NCBI GenBank assembly: GCA_938045545.1
Contig: CALIBN010000011.1
Span: 1-60,456 of the forward strand
Direction: 5' to 3'
DNA: 60,456 nucleotides
Source of the DNA: an uncultured archaeon
GTDB lineage: Archaea; Thermoproteota; EX4484-205; JAAOZP01
Below the pieces are notes generated by a model, which had not been told where the DNA came from, ran no database searches, and was given only the letters and a program-made list of their open reading frames with translations. Of this stretch, positions 31,066-40,292 are shown piece by piece (position 1 is the stretch's first letter; every line of letters begins with the position of its first letter). Made by a program: the position numbers and the translations under genes.

Positions 31066-32151
31066 TTGAAAAAGGGGAAATGTAAAGCTAACTGTGAAAA
31101 ATGTCCTTATTTCAAGAGGCCGTGCGTTGGCTGCGTGATCGAGACTTGCTTGGTGGATAAGTGCATTAAGGGTACCTCTTATACCGGCATAACGCATCCC
31201 AAAAGTTTCTGCAGGCTTAGGCCGTATTGCCCGATGGGAGGTAAGGATAGGCCTTCCCGGATGCTGATTCCATCTCTAGGAAGAAAGCAAATAACAAGGG
31301 TAAGGTTCTCCAAGTTTATACCTGAGATAGATATTACTGATCAAAGGTCCTGGGTTTGGAAGGATGGTTTTCAAGTATCAGCGGTTTTCGTGCCTCTCTG
31401 GCAACTGTTTGCAAACGAAAGCATACTGTCCCAGGCTTTGAATAAGGGACTCCACGATTACCTCGGGTTCGACGGCAAAATACTACTCTCCACAGTTATG
31501 CCTGATGAGCTTATCGATAAGCTTGGAACCGAGGATTATATCAGGCTGATTGAAAACCTAAGGCCAGACGCCACCATGGTTCCTGACAACTATACCTACA
31601 CTGACGTTCCACTCTACCAATCTTGGTCCCAGACAATAAGGCTCGTTTCTCTGGCGAATAACTTCCTAAAGCTTGATATTCCTTTGATAGGTCTGGTTAA
31701 GGGTGCTAACCTTCGCCAGATGGATTGGGCCGTCAGGAAGCAGGTTGAAATGGGGTTTGTTTCCTTCGCGATGCCAGCGAGGGAGCTTTTCGAAGAGGAG
31801 ATGCTGGATTACTTTTTACCGCTGGTCACACTGGCCCTAAAGAGAGGTTTGAGAAATGATTTCGAGCTTCTCCTCTACGGCGTCGGCGTTAAGCTCTGGA
31901 GGTACAAGGATATCAGTTTAAGCAACCTCTCATGGTTTCTGAGGGCGAAGCATGGGGAATACTATTGGGACGGATTATTCTATGATCTTAGGGATCCGGT
32001 GATCAGATTTGAGGAGTGTTACTGTGAGGCATGCAGAGGGATGATGCCCCAAGACATCATCGACCTCTGGTTAGAGGATAAGGAGCGTGCGGTGAAGATA
32101 CTGGCTTTCCACAATCTTCTTGACCTGAGCCGATGGCAGCGGAGAAGATAG
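31066..32151 (+). CDS. TGT-fold (tRNA-guanine transglycosylase/DUF4417-like) protein with Cys-rich N-terminus, copy 1
   Basis: GLHDYLGFDGKILL resembles the archaeosine-TGT GLH..L.FDG segment; PDNYTYTDVP; C-terminal CYCEAC...HNL zinc site as in TGTs; no DSGG motif. Confidence 0.6.
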   Translation: MKKGKCKANCEKCPYFKRPCVGCVIETCLVDKCIKGTSYTGITHPKSFCRLRPYCPMGGKDRPSRMLIPSLGRKQITRVRFSKFIPEIDITDQRSWVWKDGFQVSAVFVPLWQLFANESILSQALNKGLHDYLGFDGKILLSTVMPDELIDKLGTEDYIRLIENLRPDATMVPDNYTYTDVPLYQSWSQTIRLVSLANNFLKLDIPLIGLVKGANLRQMDWAVRKQVEMGFVSFAMPARELFEEEMLDYFLPLVTLALKRGLRNDFELLLYGVGVKLWRYKDISLSNLSWFLRAKHGEYYWDGLFYDLRDPVIRFEECYCEACRGMMPQDIIDLWLEDKERAVKILAFHNLLDLSRWQRRR

Positions 32152-32155
32152 GAAA

Positions 32156-33070
32156 ATGGGCGGAGGCTCAGCCATAAGGCAGCACCAGAGAAGGTTCCTT
32201 CAGGGAGAACCTGAAGAAACAGGTAGGAAGGAGGAATGCGTAGAAGCCTACTGGACGGTTAAAACATTCGGAGAATACGAGATGCGTGAAACGAAGGATA
32301 GCGAGTATGAACTTTTTAAAGAGGGCATCGCCATCGGCACGTTCACAGAGGCGCATGTCGAAGAGGAAAGAATCCTGTTCCCTTTAAGCCGCGGGATGCT
32401 GCTTGAAGTATCAGAAGGAGGAGTCAGAGAAATAGCCACTCCGGAGAAGGCAATACTTATGGGAATGATAGCCTCTGACGGAAGTAACACCTTCCGTCGG
32501 GAAAAGCGTCCAGAAGGCGGGTACCGCACCGAATATTCGATCAGATTCTATTCAGAAAACAAAGAGCTCATAAGGATCTTTGGCGAAGTGTCTGAGAAGA
32601 CATATGGTTTGACTCCACACCACTATGCTAGGAAGAGAAACGGCTTAATCACCGCAACAATATATAGCAAGAGGGTCTTTTATGACCTTCTGGATATTAA
32701 TTTGAAACTAGGACCTTACAAATTCCATGTACCGGTAGAACACCTCGACAATGAGGGAAAGAAGGCTTTTCTAAAAGGCTTTTTCTCAGGAGACGGAAAT
32801 GTTTCTGTATCTGGAGGCAGGATCATGATACGATTTTACTCGACATGTAGAAGTGGAATAGAAGAATTACATCAAATTTTTAAGGATCTGGGTTTTCATC
32901 CTAATGAAATTATGAAAGAGGAAGAATCTAGAGGTAGAACAACGTATAACTTTACAATTCCAACTGAAGAACACATAAAGTTCATAGATGAGATAGGAAG
33001 TTATAAGCCAAAACATATACTTATTTTTGAAGAATACAAGAGGAGATTGGAGGATCGTGAGAAAGAATGA
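32156..33070 (+). CDS. Stand-alone double-motif LAGLIDADG endonuclease with N-terminal extension, copy 1
   Basis: AILMGMIASDGS and AFLKGFFSGDGNV helices; no intein splicing motifs seen. Confidence 0.8.
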   Translation: MGGGSAIRQHQRRFLQGEPEETGRKEECVEAYWTVKTFGEYEMRETKDSEYELFKEGIAIGTFTEAHVEEERILFPLSRGMLLEVSEGGVREIATPEKAILMGMIASDGSNTFRREKRPEGGYRTEYSIRFYSENKELIRIFGEVSEKTYGLTPHHYARKRNGLITATIYSKRVFYDLLDINLKLGPYKFHVPVEHLDNEGKKAFLKGFFSGDGNVSVSGGRIMIRFYSTCRSGIEELHQIFKDLGFHPNEIMKEEESRGRTTYNFTIPTEEHIKFIDEIGSYKPKHILIFEEYKRRLEDREKE

Positions 33071-33741
33071 AAGAAGCCATGATCTGGGGATGGGGAGACG
33101 AGCCTGAGCTAGCCGGAAAAAACGCTGAAAGATATATAAGCAAAAGGTGGAAAGCTACAATGACAGAATGCTCTATTACAATTACCGGTAGAATCATTGA
33201 AGAAGATGTGCTTTTCAGAATCACCGCATATATAAGTGGTAAGCCTAAGGGTGTAAAGAATCTGGTAGATAATATGTTTGATGCAAGTTTAACCGGAAAG
33301 GGAAAAGTATATTCCATCACGGTTGGCTTCTATGACTATGTGGCCTCCGATGAGGAGAAGTATAGAGATAGTTTGCTTAGTGTCAAGGAATCCTGTAAAA
33401 ATCGAATACAAACCCTTATGCAAAGGTTTAAGGAGCATCCCCGAGTTAAGGCATTGCTTGTAAAAGAGAATTCGCTTGTGGTAATTCCAGTGACAACTTT
33501 GCTCTGCGAATTGGAATCAGAGCAAGCCGATAAAGTAATCGTTAAAGCTGGTAATTATAATTTAGAAGATATTCTGAAGATACTCCATCTTCTCACTGAT
33601 AAGTTGATTGAACGCAAGGTTGCTACGAGGATCCTCGGATATAGCCTAAGGGACGACATGGAAAAGTTGGAAATAGACGATCTGTATGCTGAGAAAGGAA
33701 AAGTATACCTGTGGCTTGGACATCCAGCTGATAAGCATTGA
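33067..33741 (+). CDS. Uncharacterised 224-aa protein, third gene of the module, copy 1
   Basis: ATGA overlap with the nuclease gene; paralogous to 57736-58425. Confidence 0.75.
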   Translation: MKEAMIWGWGDEPELAGKNAERYISKRWKATMTECSITITGRIIEEDVLFRITAYISGKPKGVKNLVDNMFDASLTGKGKVYSITVGFYDYVASDEEKYRDSLLSVKESCKNRIQTLMQRFKEHPRVKALLVKENSLVVIPVTTLLCELESEQADKVIVKAGNYNLEDILKILHLLTDKLIERKVATRILGYSLRDDMEKLEIDDLYAEKGKVYLWLGHPADKH

Positions 33742-33773
33742 TGCGAAAAATGGACCGGGAGGGACTCGAACCC
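33722..33773. repeat. att-like direct repeat, copy 2 (overlaps tRNA-Ala 3' end)
   Basis: See 30898-30949. Confidence 0.92.
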
Positions 33774-33822
33774 TCGCCCTCTCGCTCGCGAAGCGAGCGT
33801 TCTACCTCTGAACTACCGGCCC
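33751..33822 (-). tRNA. tRNA-Ala(CGC)
   Basis: GGGCCGGTAGTTCAGAGGTAGAACGCTCGCTTCGCGAGCGAGAGGGCGAGGGTTCGAGTCCCTCCCGGTCCA folds as a cloverleaf with CGC anticodon and the G3:U70 Ala determinant; no intron, CCA not encoded. Confidence 0.95.
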
Positions 33823-33949
33823 TTATCGGAGTTACGCGGCTCGCCTTTTTATACTTTAATGCTTTCTTCCGCCTTTTAAAGCCCTTCGAAAAACGTTTAT
33901 CAGAGTGTTTCTTCTCCAGACTTAGGTAAAAAGGGAAAGGATCTGGAGG

Positions 33950-35299
33950 ATGGGCAGTAGAATATTCTTGCTAAATTATGGATGCGCGGTTAACAGGGCT
34001 GAGGGTGAGGCGATGGCTGGTGTCCTCGCCAGCAGGGGCTTCACCCTAGTGGATAGTGAGAATGACGCCGACCTGGTTCTAGTCAACACTTGCGGGGTTA
34101 AGACTCCTACGGAGAACAAGATTCTCCACAGGTTGAAAACCATACGTAGGGACAAGAAGATCGTGGTTGCCGGTTGCCTGCCTAAGATTACTGGAGTTAA
34201 CAGGATTCTTGAAATCGGGAATGTGAAGGGGGTTATTGGGCCCGCTGCAGGAGAAGTGGTTCTTAAGGCCGTTCAAGCAGTTTTAAACGGCGGCAGATAC
34301 ATTGAGCTTGAGGAGGAAGGCTTTAACAATCTTCTTCCTTGCTTGAGGGAGAATCCTGTTATCAGGAAGATCGTGATCTCTCAAGGATGCGTGGGGGCCT
34401 GCAGCTATTGTGCAACGAGGTTTGCGAGAGGGAGGCTTCGCAGCTACAGTATTGAAGAAATCGTCTCTGCAATAGGGAGAAGCGTTGAAGAGGGTGTTAG
34501 AGAAGTTTGGCTTTCCTCTCAAGACAATTCCGTTTACGGCGTGGATAATGGAAGCAGCATCGTTAAGCTCCTTGAGAAAGTAGCCAACCTGGAGGGCTTG
34601 TTCCTCGTTAGGATAGGCATGATGAATCCGAGAGGTGTTTTGAAGCATCTCGAAGGCATTGTTGAAGCCCTTAGGAGTAAAAGGTTCTTCAAGTTTATTC
34701 ATATACCTTTGCAGAGCGGTAGCAACAGGGTTCTTGAAGACATGAACCGGGGCCACTCCGTTGAAGACTTCGTGAGGATTATCCTAAGGCTAAGGAGGGA
34801 GATACCTAGGATATCTGTCGAGACGGATCTGATAGTCGGTTATCCGACTGAAAGCTGGGAGGATTTCGAGAAAACCCTCGACACCGTAAGAATTGTTGAG
34901 CCTGATTTCCTTAATATTTCAAAGTTTTACGTTAGGCCGGGGACCCCGGCGTCGAGGCTGTCGAAGCTGCCGACGAATATTGTTGCGGAGAGAAGCAGGC
35001 TGCTCTCTAGGCTTGCGCTGGAGGTTAAGGAGAAGCGTTCCGCCTCCTGGGTTGGCTGGGAGGGCTTGGCTCTGGTTGATGAGAAGGGGGTGGTTCAGGG
35101 AAGCGTCATAGCTAGAAACATGTTTTACAAGCCGATAGTCCTCAGGCAGAACGTTAGAATCGGGAGCTTCATACGTGTGCGCGTGACTTCCCATAAGCCG
35201 AATTTCCTAGTTGGGGAAGTGGTCGATAAGGATCTGGATGAGGCGGAGGCCGTTAGGCTCCTTGAAGAGGAGAATCGAGCTTCAGTAAGCCTTGCCTAA
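33950..35299 (+). CDS. mtaB: tRNA t6A methylthiotransferase (MiaB-like, archaeal MtaB)
   Basis: UPF0004 domain YGC..N, NTCGVK and VAGCLP; radical SAM GCVGACSYC; RIGMMNP; C-terminal TRAM domain. Confidence 0.88.
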   Translation: MGSRIFLLNYGCAVNRAEGEAMAGVLASRGFTLVDSENDADLVLVNTCGVKTPTENKILHRLKTIRRDKKIVVAGCLPKITGVNRILEIGNVKGVIGPAAGEVVLKAVQAVLNGGRYIELEEEGFNNLLPCLRENPVIRKIVISQGCVGACSYCATRFARGRLRSYSIEEIVSAIGRSVEEGVREVWLSSQDNSVYGVDNGSSIVKLLEKVANLEGLFLVRIGMMNPRGVLKHLEGIVEALRSKRFFKFIHIPLQSGSNRVLEDMNRGHSVEDFVRIILRLRREIPRISVETDLIVGYPTESWEDFEKTLDTVRIVEPDFLNISKFYVRPGTPASRLSKLPTNIVAERSRLLSRLALEVKEKRSASWVGWEGLALVDEKGVVQGSVIARNMFYKPIVLRQNVRIGSFIRVRVTSHKPNFLVGEVVDKDLDEAEAVRLLEEENRASVSLA

Positions 35300-35300
35300 G

Positions 35301-36527
35301 CTATGTTTTCCAAGACGATAAGTATTCCTTCTGCTCATCCGTCAACTCGTCTATCTCAACGCCCATTGTTCTGAGCTTAGTCGAGGCGACCAGCATGTCT
35401 ATCTCCTCTGGGACAGGATAAATTCCAGCAGGGAGCTCCCTATGCTTCACCAAGTATTCTGAGACGAGCGCCTGGTTGGAGAAGCTCATGTCCATCACAT
35501 CTGGAGGATGACCCTCAGCCAGAACTAGGTTGACGACCCTACCCTTGGCCAGTAGGTAGACCCTTTTCCCATTAGTAAGGACGATTTCCTCGACGAAGGG
35601 CTTAACCTCCTTAACGCTTCTCGCCTCCCTATAGAGGGTTGCAACATCGATTTCAACATCGAAATGTCCAACGTTTGCAAGTATTGCACCGTCCTTCATC
35701 ATGATTATAGCCTCGTAGGGTATTGCTTTCACGTTGCCCGTACCTGTTATGAAGACGTCTCCGACTTTAGCAGCCTCTCTAATGGGCATTACAGTGAACC
35801 CGTCCATAACAGCCTCAAGAGCCCTTACTGGAGACACTTCCGTAACTATCACTGAGGCCCCTAGGCCCCTGGCTCTGTTCGCCACGCCTTTTCCAACCAG
35901 CCCGTAGCCGCATACGACTACTCTTTTACCCGCGAAAAGTATGGAAGTTGCTCTTATGATCCCATCCAAGCTGGACTGCCCTGTTCCATAACGATTGTCG
36001 AAGAGCTTCTTAGACTGAGCCTCGTTAACAAAGAAGACTGGAATCTTCAGCCTGCCGGCTTTCTCAAGCGCCTTTATCCTTATGACCCCCGTAGTAGTCT
36101 CCTCGAGAGCCCCGTAAACCCTGTTTTTCAACGTGATGCTCTTCTCGTGTGCTCTGATTATTGAGTCAGCACCATCATCTATGAGTATGGAGGGGGAATG
36201 AGAGTGAGCCCAGTCGATCGCCTCGAAATACTCGTTCATGCTCATACCCCTCCAGGCCCTGACTTCAACACCCTTGGACTTTAAGGCTTCAGCCACATCG
36301 TCGTCTGTTGAAAGAGGGTTTGCAGGCGTAAGGTAGATTTTAGCGCCGCCGTCTCTTAAAGTCTCAACCAGGTTCGCCGTCTCCTTCGTGACGTGCAGCG
36401 TTACTGAGAAGACGACGCTTTCAAACGGCCTTTCCATAGCGAACCGTTCTCTAACCTTGCTTAGAACTGGCATTAGCCTCCTGGCCCAGTATATCTTCTT
36501 AATTCCGAGCTCGATGTTTCCAGCCAA
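35301..36527 (-). CDS. ahcY: Adenosylhomocysteinase
   Basis: LHVTKETA, NPLST, DDGAD, EETTTGV, FDNRYGTGQS, GYGLVGKG, GHFDVEI and GHPPDVMDMSF. Confidence 0.96.
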   Translation of the reverse strand: MAGNIELGIKKIYWARRLMPVLSKVRERFAMERPFESVVFSVTLHVTKETANLVETLRDGGAKIYLTPANPLSTDDDVAEALKSKGVEVRAWRGMSMNEYFEAIDWAHSHSPSILIDDGADSIIRAHEKSITLKNRVYGALEETTTGVIRIKALEKAGRLKIPVFFVNEAQSKKLFDNRYGTGQSSLDGIIRATSILFAGKRVVVCGYGLVGKGVANRARGLGASVIVTEVSPVRALEAVMDGFTVMPIREAAKVGDVFITGTGNVKAIPYEAIIMMKDGAILANVGHFDVEIDVATLYREARSVKEVKPFVEEIVLTNGKRVYLLAKGRVVNLVLAEGHPPDVMDMSFSNQALVSEYLVKHRELPAGIYPVPEEIDMLVASTKLRTMGVEIDELTDEQKEYLSSWKT

Positions 36528-36566
36528 CTCTTTAAACCATCCTCAAGCCTTTTTAAAAGGCTTCCC

Positions 36567-37691
36567 CTAAGTGAACGGTTCTCTGCCGAAGAACCTACGG
36601 TAGAGGTCCGCGAGCTCGCTGACGCTTAACATCCCCTCCTGCACACCATCAACCCTCCATATCGAGAAAGCCTCTAAAAGACCTATTCTGCAGGATTCTT
36701 CCAGAGACAACTCTTTTTGCAGACCAATCAGGATGCCTGCGGCAATGCCATCGCAACAGCCGATGGAGCTGCCTGTTTTCTCAGGCGGCACAGGACCTAC
36801 TCTGGAGCAACTGCCATCTCTATGGTGGATCTCGATCAGTCCCGTCATCTTATCCTCTAAGACTACCGCCTCAGGATATTCAGACCCGAGCGTGAAGACC
36901 TCCTCTATGCTCTTAAGCCTAAGAAGATCAACCGTCTGCTTAATCTCGTTGTGGTTACCAAGAATTATCTTTGAGTTTGGAACCATGATTTCAACATAGT
37001 CCTCAGTAACACCGTAGGACGCAATGTCCACAACCACATCTATGCTTCTTCTCCTAGCCGCCAGGATGGAGCTTTTCATGAACTGGGTTTCAGATGATGT
37101 GACGAAAAGGATGCTTGCTGATTCAAATTCCGATTCAGGCACCGGCCGGAATTTTTCAACACCGCTTGCGCCTTCGACATCGTCTATTATGAAGAACTCG
37201 TTGTTCTCCACGTCTTTCACGCAGGTTATGGTTGAGGTTGTCTTATCCATGACGATCCATACGCCTGAGTTCAGAACATCCTTGCTTAGGAAGCTGGTTC
37301 TACTGCTGTCTTCAACAACGGCTGTTCGCATCCCGACGTTGTTATTCGCCAAATGACTGTAATACCCTCCGTCGAAAAACCCGGGATAAGGATGGTCATA
37401 GTCTCTGCCGAAGGTTGTGATCAGCCTTACTCTGCCACCTAGACGTGCAACGCCATAGGCTACGTGTGGAGCTCTCCCCCCGTAACTATATGTCACGGGA
37501 GTCAGGCTGTTGACCTCCAACAAGCTGTAAACCTTGTTCCTATCCCATTCTGGTCCCAGAAGCTCGCTTATCCTGGAGACTGGAATAGTCTTTTTCAGAA
37601 AAGGGTGAAAAACCTTGGGAAGGCTGTAGAAGGAGCGTATTTTAAAATGTTCATCCTTGCCGGAGCTTCCTACAACAATTATGCTACTCAT
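36567..37691 (-). CDS. PfkB/ribokinase-family kinase (possibly nucleoside kinase)
   Basis: YGGRAPHVAYGVARLG, N..E and SIGCCDGIAAG (variant of DT.GAGD); adjacent to ahcY. Confidence 0.75.
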   Translation of the reverse strand: MSSIIVVGSSGKDEHFKIRSFYSLPKVFHPFLKKTIPVSRISELLGPEWDRNKVYSLLEVNSLTPVTYSYGGRAPHVAYGVARLGGRVRLITTFGRDYDHPYPGFFDGGYYSHLANNNVGMRTAVVEDSSRTSFLSKDVLNSGVWIVMDKTTSTITCVKDVENNEFFIIDDVEGASGVEKFRPVPESEFESASILFVTSSETQFMKSSILAARRRSIDVVVDIASYGVTEDYVEIMVPNSKIILGNHNEIKQTVDLLRLKSIEEVFTLGSEYPEAVVLEDKMTGLIEIHHRDGSCSRVGPVPPEKTGSSIGCCDGIAAGILIGLQKELSLEESCRIGLLEAFSIWRVDGVQEGMLSVSELADLYRRFFGREPFT

Positions 37692-37755
37692 ACAGGATCA
37701 AGACACTTAAGAGAAAGCATTATTAAAGAGTTTCTACCTTCTGCTTTTCAGGAAA

Positions 37756-38184
37756 GTGAAGGAAAAAGGTAGTGAGGATAAATACTTAGAATGGCTAGAA
37801 AGGGGGCTTAGTAAGGTTCCTAAGACGGAGAGTCGGGACAGGCTGAATGTTCCCAGTGTTGAATGCATAAGCGAGAAGAACAAGACTATAGTCCAAAACC
37901 TTAACCAGATAGCGGGCCTGCTTAACAGGGATGTGAAACACCTGTTAAAATACATGACTTTAAGACTCGCAGCACCCTACTCGGAAATCGGCGAGGGACA
38001 CTATGTTTTCAAGGGCAGGATTCTCCCCAAGCAGCTGGACACTGTGATAGCCGACTACATAAAGGCGTATGTGGAATGCCCTGTTTGTAAAAGGCCGGAT
38101 ACAAAGCTTAGCAGGGAGAAGAGGGGCATTGTTCAACTCGTATGCTTAAGCTGCGGCGCTGTTTCGCCGGTTAAAAGCCTTTAA
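37756..38184 (+). CDS. eif2b: Translation initiation factor aIF-2 beta
   Basis: KTIVQN...LNRD..HLLKY and YVECPVCKRPDT...CLSCGA. Confidence 0.93.
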   Translation: MKEKGSEDKYLEWLERGLSKVPKTESRDRLNVPSVECISEKNKTIVQNLNQIAGLLNRDVKHLLKYMTLRLAAPYSEIGEGHYVFKGRILPKQLDTVIADYIKAYVECPVCKRPDTKLSREKRGIVQLVCLSCGAVSPVKSL

Positions 38185-38186
38185 AA

Positions 38187-38492
38187 ATGAACGGAGAATT
38201 CTACATGAAGGAGCATTCGGTTGGCTCAACCAAGATAATAGGGGCGTGCGATAGGGAGCTTCTAGGGAAAACAATTAAGGATGAAACAGGGTTGGAGGTA
38301 AACGTGGCTGAAAAGTTTTACGGAGGCAGGCTTGTAGACGGGCAGGAGCTTTTAAGAAGCATTCGGGATGCTTCTTCTGTGAACCTTGTGGGAAACAGGG
38401 TTGTGAAAACGGTTTTAGAAAGTGGTTTAGGCAAGGTGGATAACGCTAGGAAAATAGGTGGGGTAATGTTCATGATGATAATTCGCATCTAG
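38187..38492 (+). CDS. DUF424-family protein
   Basis: ACDRELLGK, V.EKFYGG and NLVGNRVV; conserved neighbour of aIF2beta. Confidence 0.85.
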   Translation: MNGEFYMKEHSVGSTKIIGACDRELLGKTIKDETGLEVNVAEKFYGGRLVDGQELLRSIRDASSVNLVGNRVVKTVLESGLGKVDNARKIGGVMFMMIIRI

Positions 38493-38550
38493 CTTTTACT
38501 CAGCTTAAGCATATAGTTTATTAGGAGGGGGGACCGGGGCTTAGTAGGGC

Positions 38551-38901
38551 TTGGGAAAGAGAAAGGTATACAGTGAGAGAGATATTTCCGAAACCTTAGT
38601 GACGCCTGGAGAGGGGCAACTATTCGGAAGGGTAGAGGGCCTTTCAGGCTCCAACTGGGCTGTGGTTCTCTGCTCTGACGGTAGAACCAGGCAGTGCAGG
38701 CTTAGGGGGAAGCTCAGGAGAAAAATATGGATTAAGCTGAACGATATTGTTCTGGTTGAGCCGTGGCCTTTTCAACCTGATCGAGGAGAAATTTTACACA
38801 GGTATACTATTGGTCAAATAGACTACCTGGTTAAAAATGGGCTTCTCAGCAAGGAGCTTGTTAAGGAAGCATGGGAGCAGGCTAGCGGGGCCAGTAGTTA
38901 A
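38551..38901 (+). CDS. eif1a: Translation initiation factor aIF-1A
   Basis: CSDGRTRQCRLRGKLRRKIWIKLNDIVLVEPW and RY. Confidence 0.93.
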   Translation: MGKRKVYSERDISETLVTPGEGQLFGRVEGLSGSNWAVVLCSDGRTRQCRLRGKLRRKIWIKLNDIVLVEPWPFQPDRGEILHRYTIGQIDYLVKNGLLSKELVKEAWEQASGASS

Positions 38902-38943
38902 AAGAATGAGGGGTTACACGTGTTTCAGGCAGTTGCATAAAAA

Positions 38944-39744
38944 ATGAGGCGTGAAAAAGTCTTCAACACCTTGGAGCTTAGGGAGAAGATCATAGAGAAG
39001 CTTCAGAGGATGAAGGTTAAGAGAAGCGAGGACTTTCAGGTTTTGAGCGAGGTTTTCAACGTCGAGGTTTTAATGCAGCTTTACGACCTGCTGAGGAAAG
39101 GGCTTTTGAAAGAGTTTAACGGCGAGATATCTTCAGGCAAAGAGTCGAAGGTATTTCATGCCATTGCGAAAGGTAATGTTGAGGTTGCGGTTAAAATCTA
39201 CTTAATAGTCAACACGGAGATAAGGCGCATGATGCTGAAATATATTATTGGTGACAAACGGTTTGAAAGAGTGAAGAGCGATAGCCGGTCGCTTGTTTAT
39301 ACTTGGGCGAGAAAGGAATACGCTAATTTAAGCACTATGCATGAGGTTGGGCTTCCCGTGCCGAAACCAATACTTGTTCAGAAAAACATTTTAGTGATGA
39401 GCTTCATAGGTAAGAATGGCCAGAGAGCTCCTCTTTTGAAGGAGCTTCACGAGCTTAAGAATCCTCGTGAAACCTACATGGAGATAATCGACTTCATAGT
39501 TAAGAGTCGTGACGAAGCCCATCTAATCCACGCAGACTTAAGCGAGTATAACGTTATGATTTGGGACGGGAAGCCTTTCATCATAGATTTGTCTCAAGCC
39601 GTCCCAGTTACGCACCCCTTGGCAGGGGAATTTTTAAGAAGGGATGTTGAGAACATAAACAGGTTCTTCATGAAAAAAGGATGGGTCAGCGAGACAATAC
39701 CCGTGGAGGAGGTTGTCGGCGATTGGCTAACGTACTCTTCCTAA
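38944..39744 (+). CDS. rio1: RIO1 serine kinase
   Basis: ISSGKESKVF, AVKIY, WARKEYANL, HADLSEYN and IIDLSQAV. Confidence 0.93.
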   Translation: MRREKVFNTLELREKIIEKLQRMKVKRSEDFQVLSEVFNVEVLMQLYDLLRKGLLKEFNGEISSGKESKVFHAIAKGNVEVAVKIYLIVNTEIRRMMLKYIIGDKRFERVKSDSRSLVYTWARKEYANLSTMHEVGLPVPKPILVQKNILVMSFIGKNGQRAPLLKELHELKNPRETYMEIIDFIVKSRDEAHLIHADLSEYNVMIWDGKPFIIDLSQAVPVTHPLAGEFLRRDVENINRFFMKKGWVSETIPVEEVVGDWLTYSS

Positions 39745-40292
39745 ACATCCCTCAGGAAAGAGTAGGGGTTTTAATCGGAAAGAACGGTGAAATAAAGAGG
39801 AAGATAGAGGAGGAAACCAAGGTTAAGATTCAGGTTCAACAGGATGGAACTATTAGGGTCGAGTATGATGCCGGAGACCCTGAAGCATACTTCAGAGTAA
39901 GAAGGATCGCTGATGCGATATCAAGCGGGTTCTCCGGCGAGGATTCTTTAAGGCTTCTGGACGATAAACTCGTCTTAAAGATAATCGACTTGAGGGATTT
40001 CGCCGGCGATTCCCCCTCACGGATAAAAACAATAAAGGGCAGAATAATAGGGAAAGACGGGAAAGTTTGGAAGAAGATCGAAAAGCTTTCTGGTGCTAAA
40101 CTTGCCCTACACAATTATACTCTTGGAATAATTGGAGAGGAGGAGAGCTGTGACATAGCTTTCAAGACGATTCTAAAGATATTGAGGGGAGCTCAATTTA
40201 GCACCGCGTTTAAATATTTGGAGCGTCAAAGAAAGTCGTTGGAAAAGGGGATCTGGATGAGTAGAGAGGAGAAAGCTGGAGATGAGTTCTGA
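39723..40292 (+). CDS. dim2: KH-domain rRNA processing protein Dim2/Pno1
   Basis: RVGVLIGKNG and KGRIIGKDG KH motifs; probable TTG start at 39723. Confidence 0.88.
   Translation: MANVLFLNIPQERVGVLIGKNGEIKRKIEEETKVKIQVQQDGTIRVEYDAGDPEAYFRVRRIADAISSGFSGEDSLRLLDDKLVLKIIDLRDFAGDSPSRIKTIKGRIIGKDGKVWKKIEKLSGAKLALHNYTLGIIGEEESCDIAFKTILKILRGAQFSTAFKYLERQRKSLEKGIWMSREEKAGDEF

Larger units (their letters stand above)
30898..33773. mobile_element. Integrase-less 2.8 kb element inserted at the tRNA-Ala 3' end
   Basis: Bounded by the 52-bp direct repeat; contains only a three-gene operon. Confidence 0.8.

Noticed and set aside
32156-33070. Intein or intron-encoded homing endonuclease
   Set aside because: No N-terminal Cys/Ser or C-terminal His-Asn splice motifs and no interrupted host gene; the ORF has its own start and stop in an operon.
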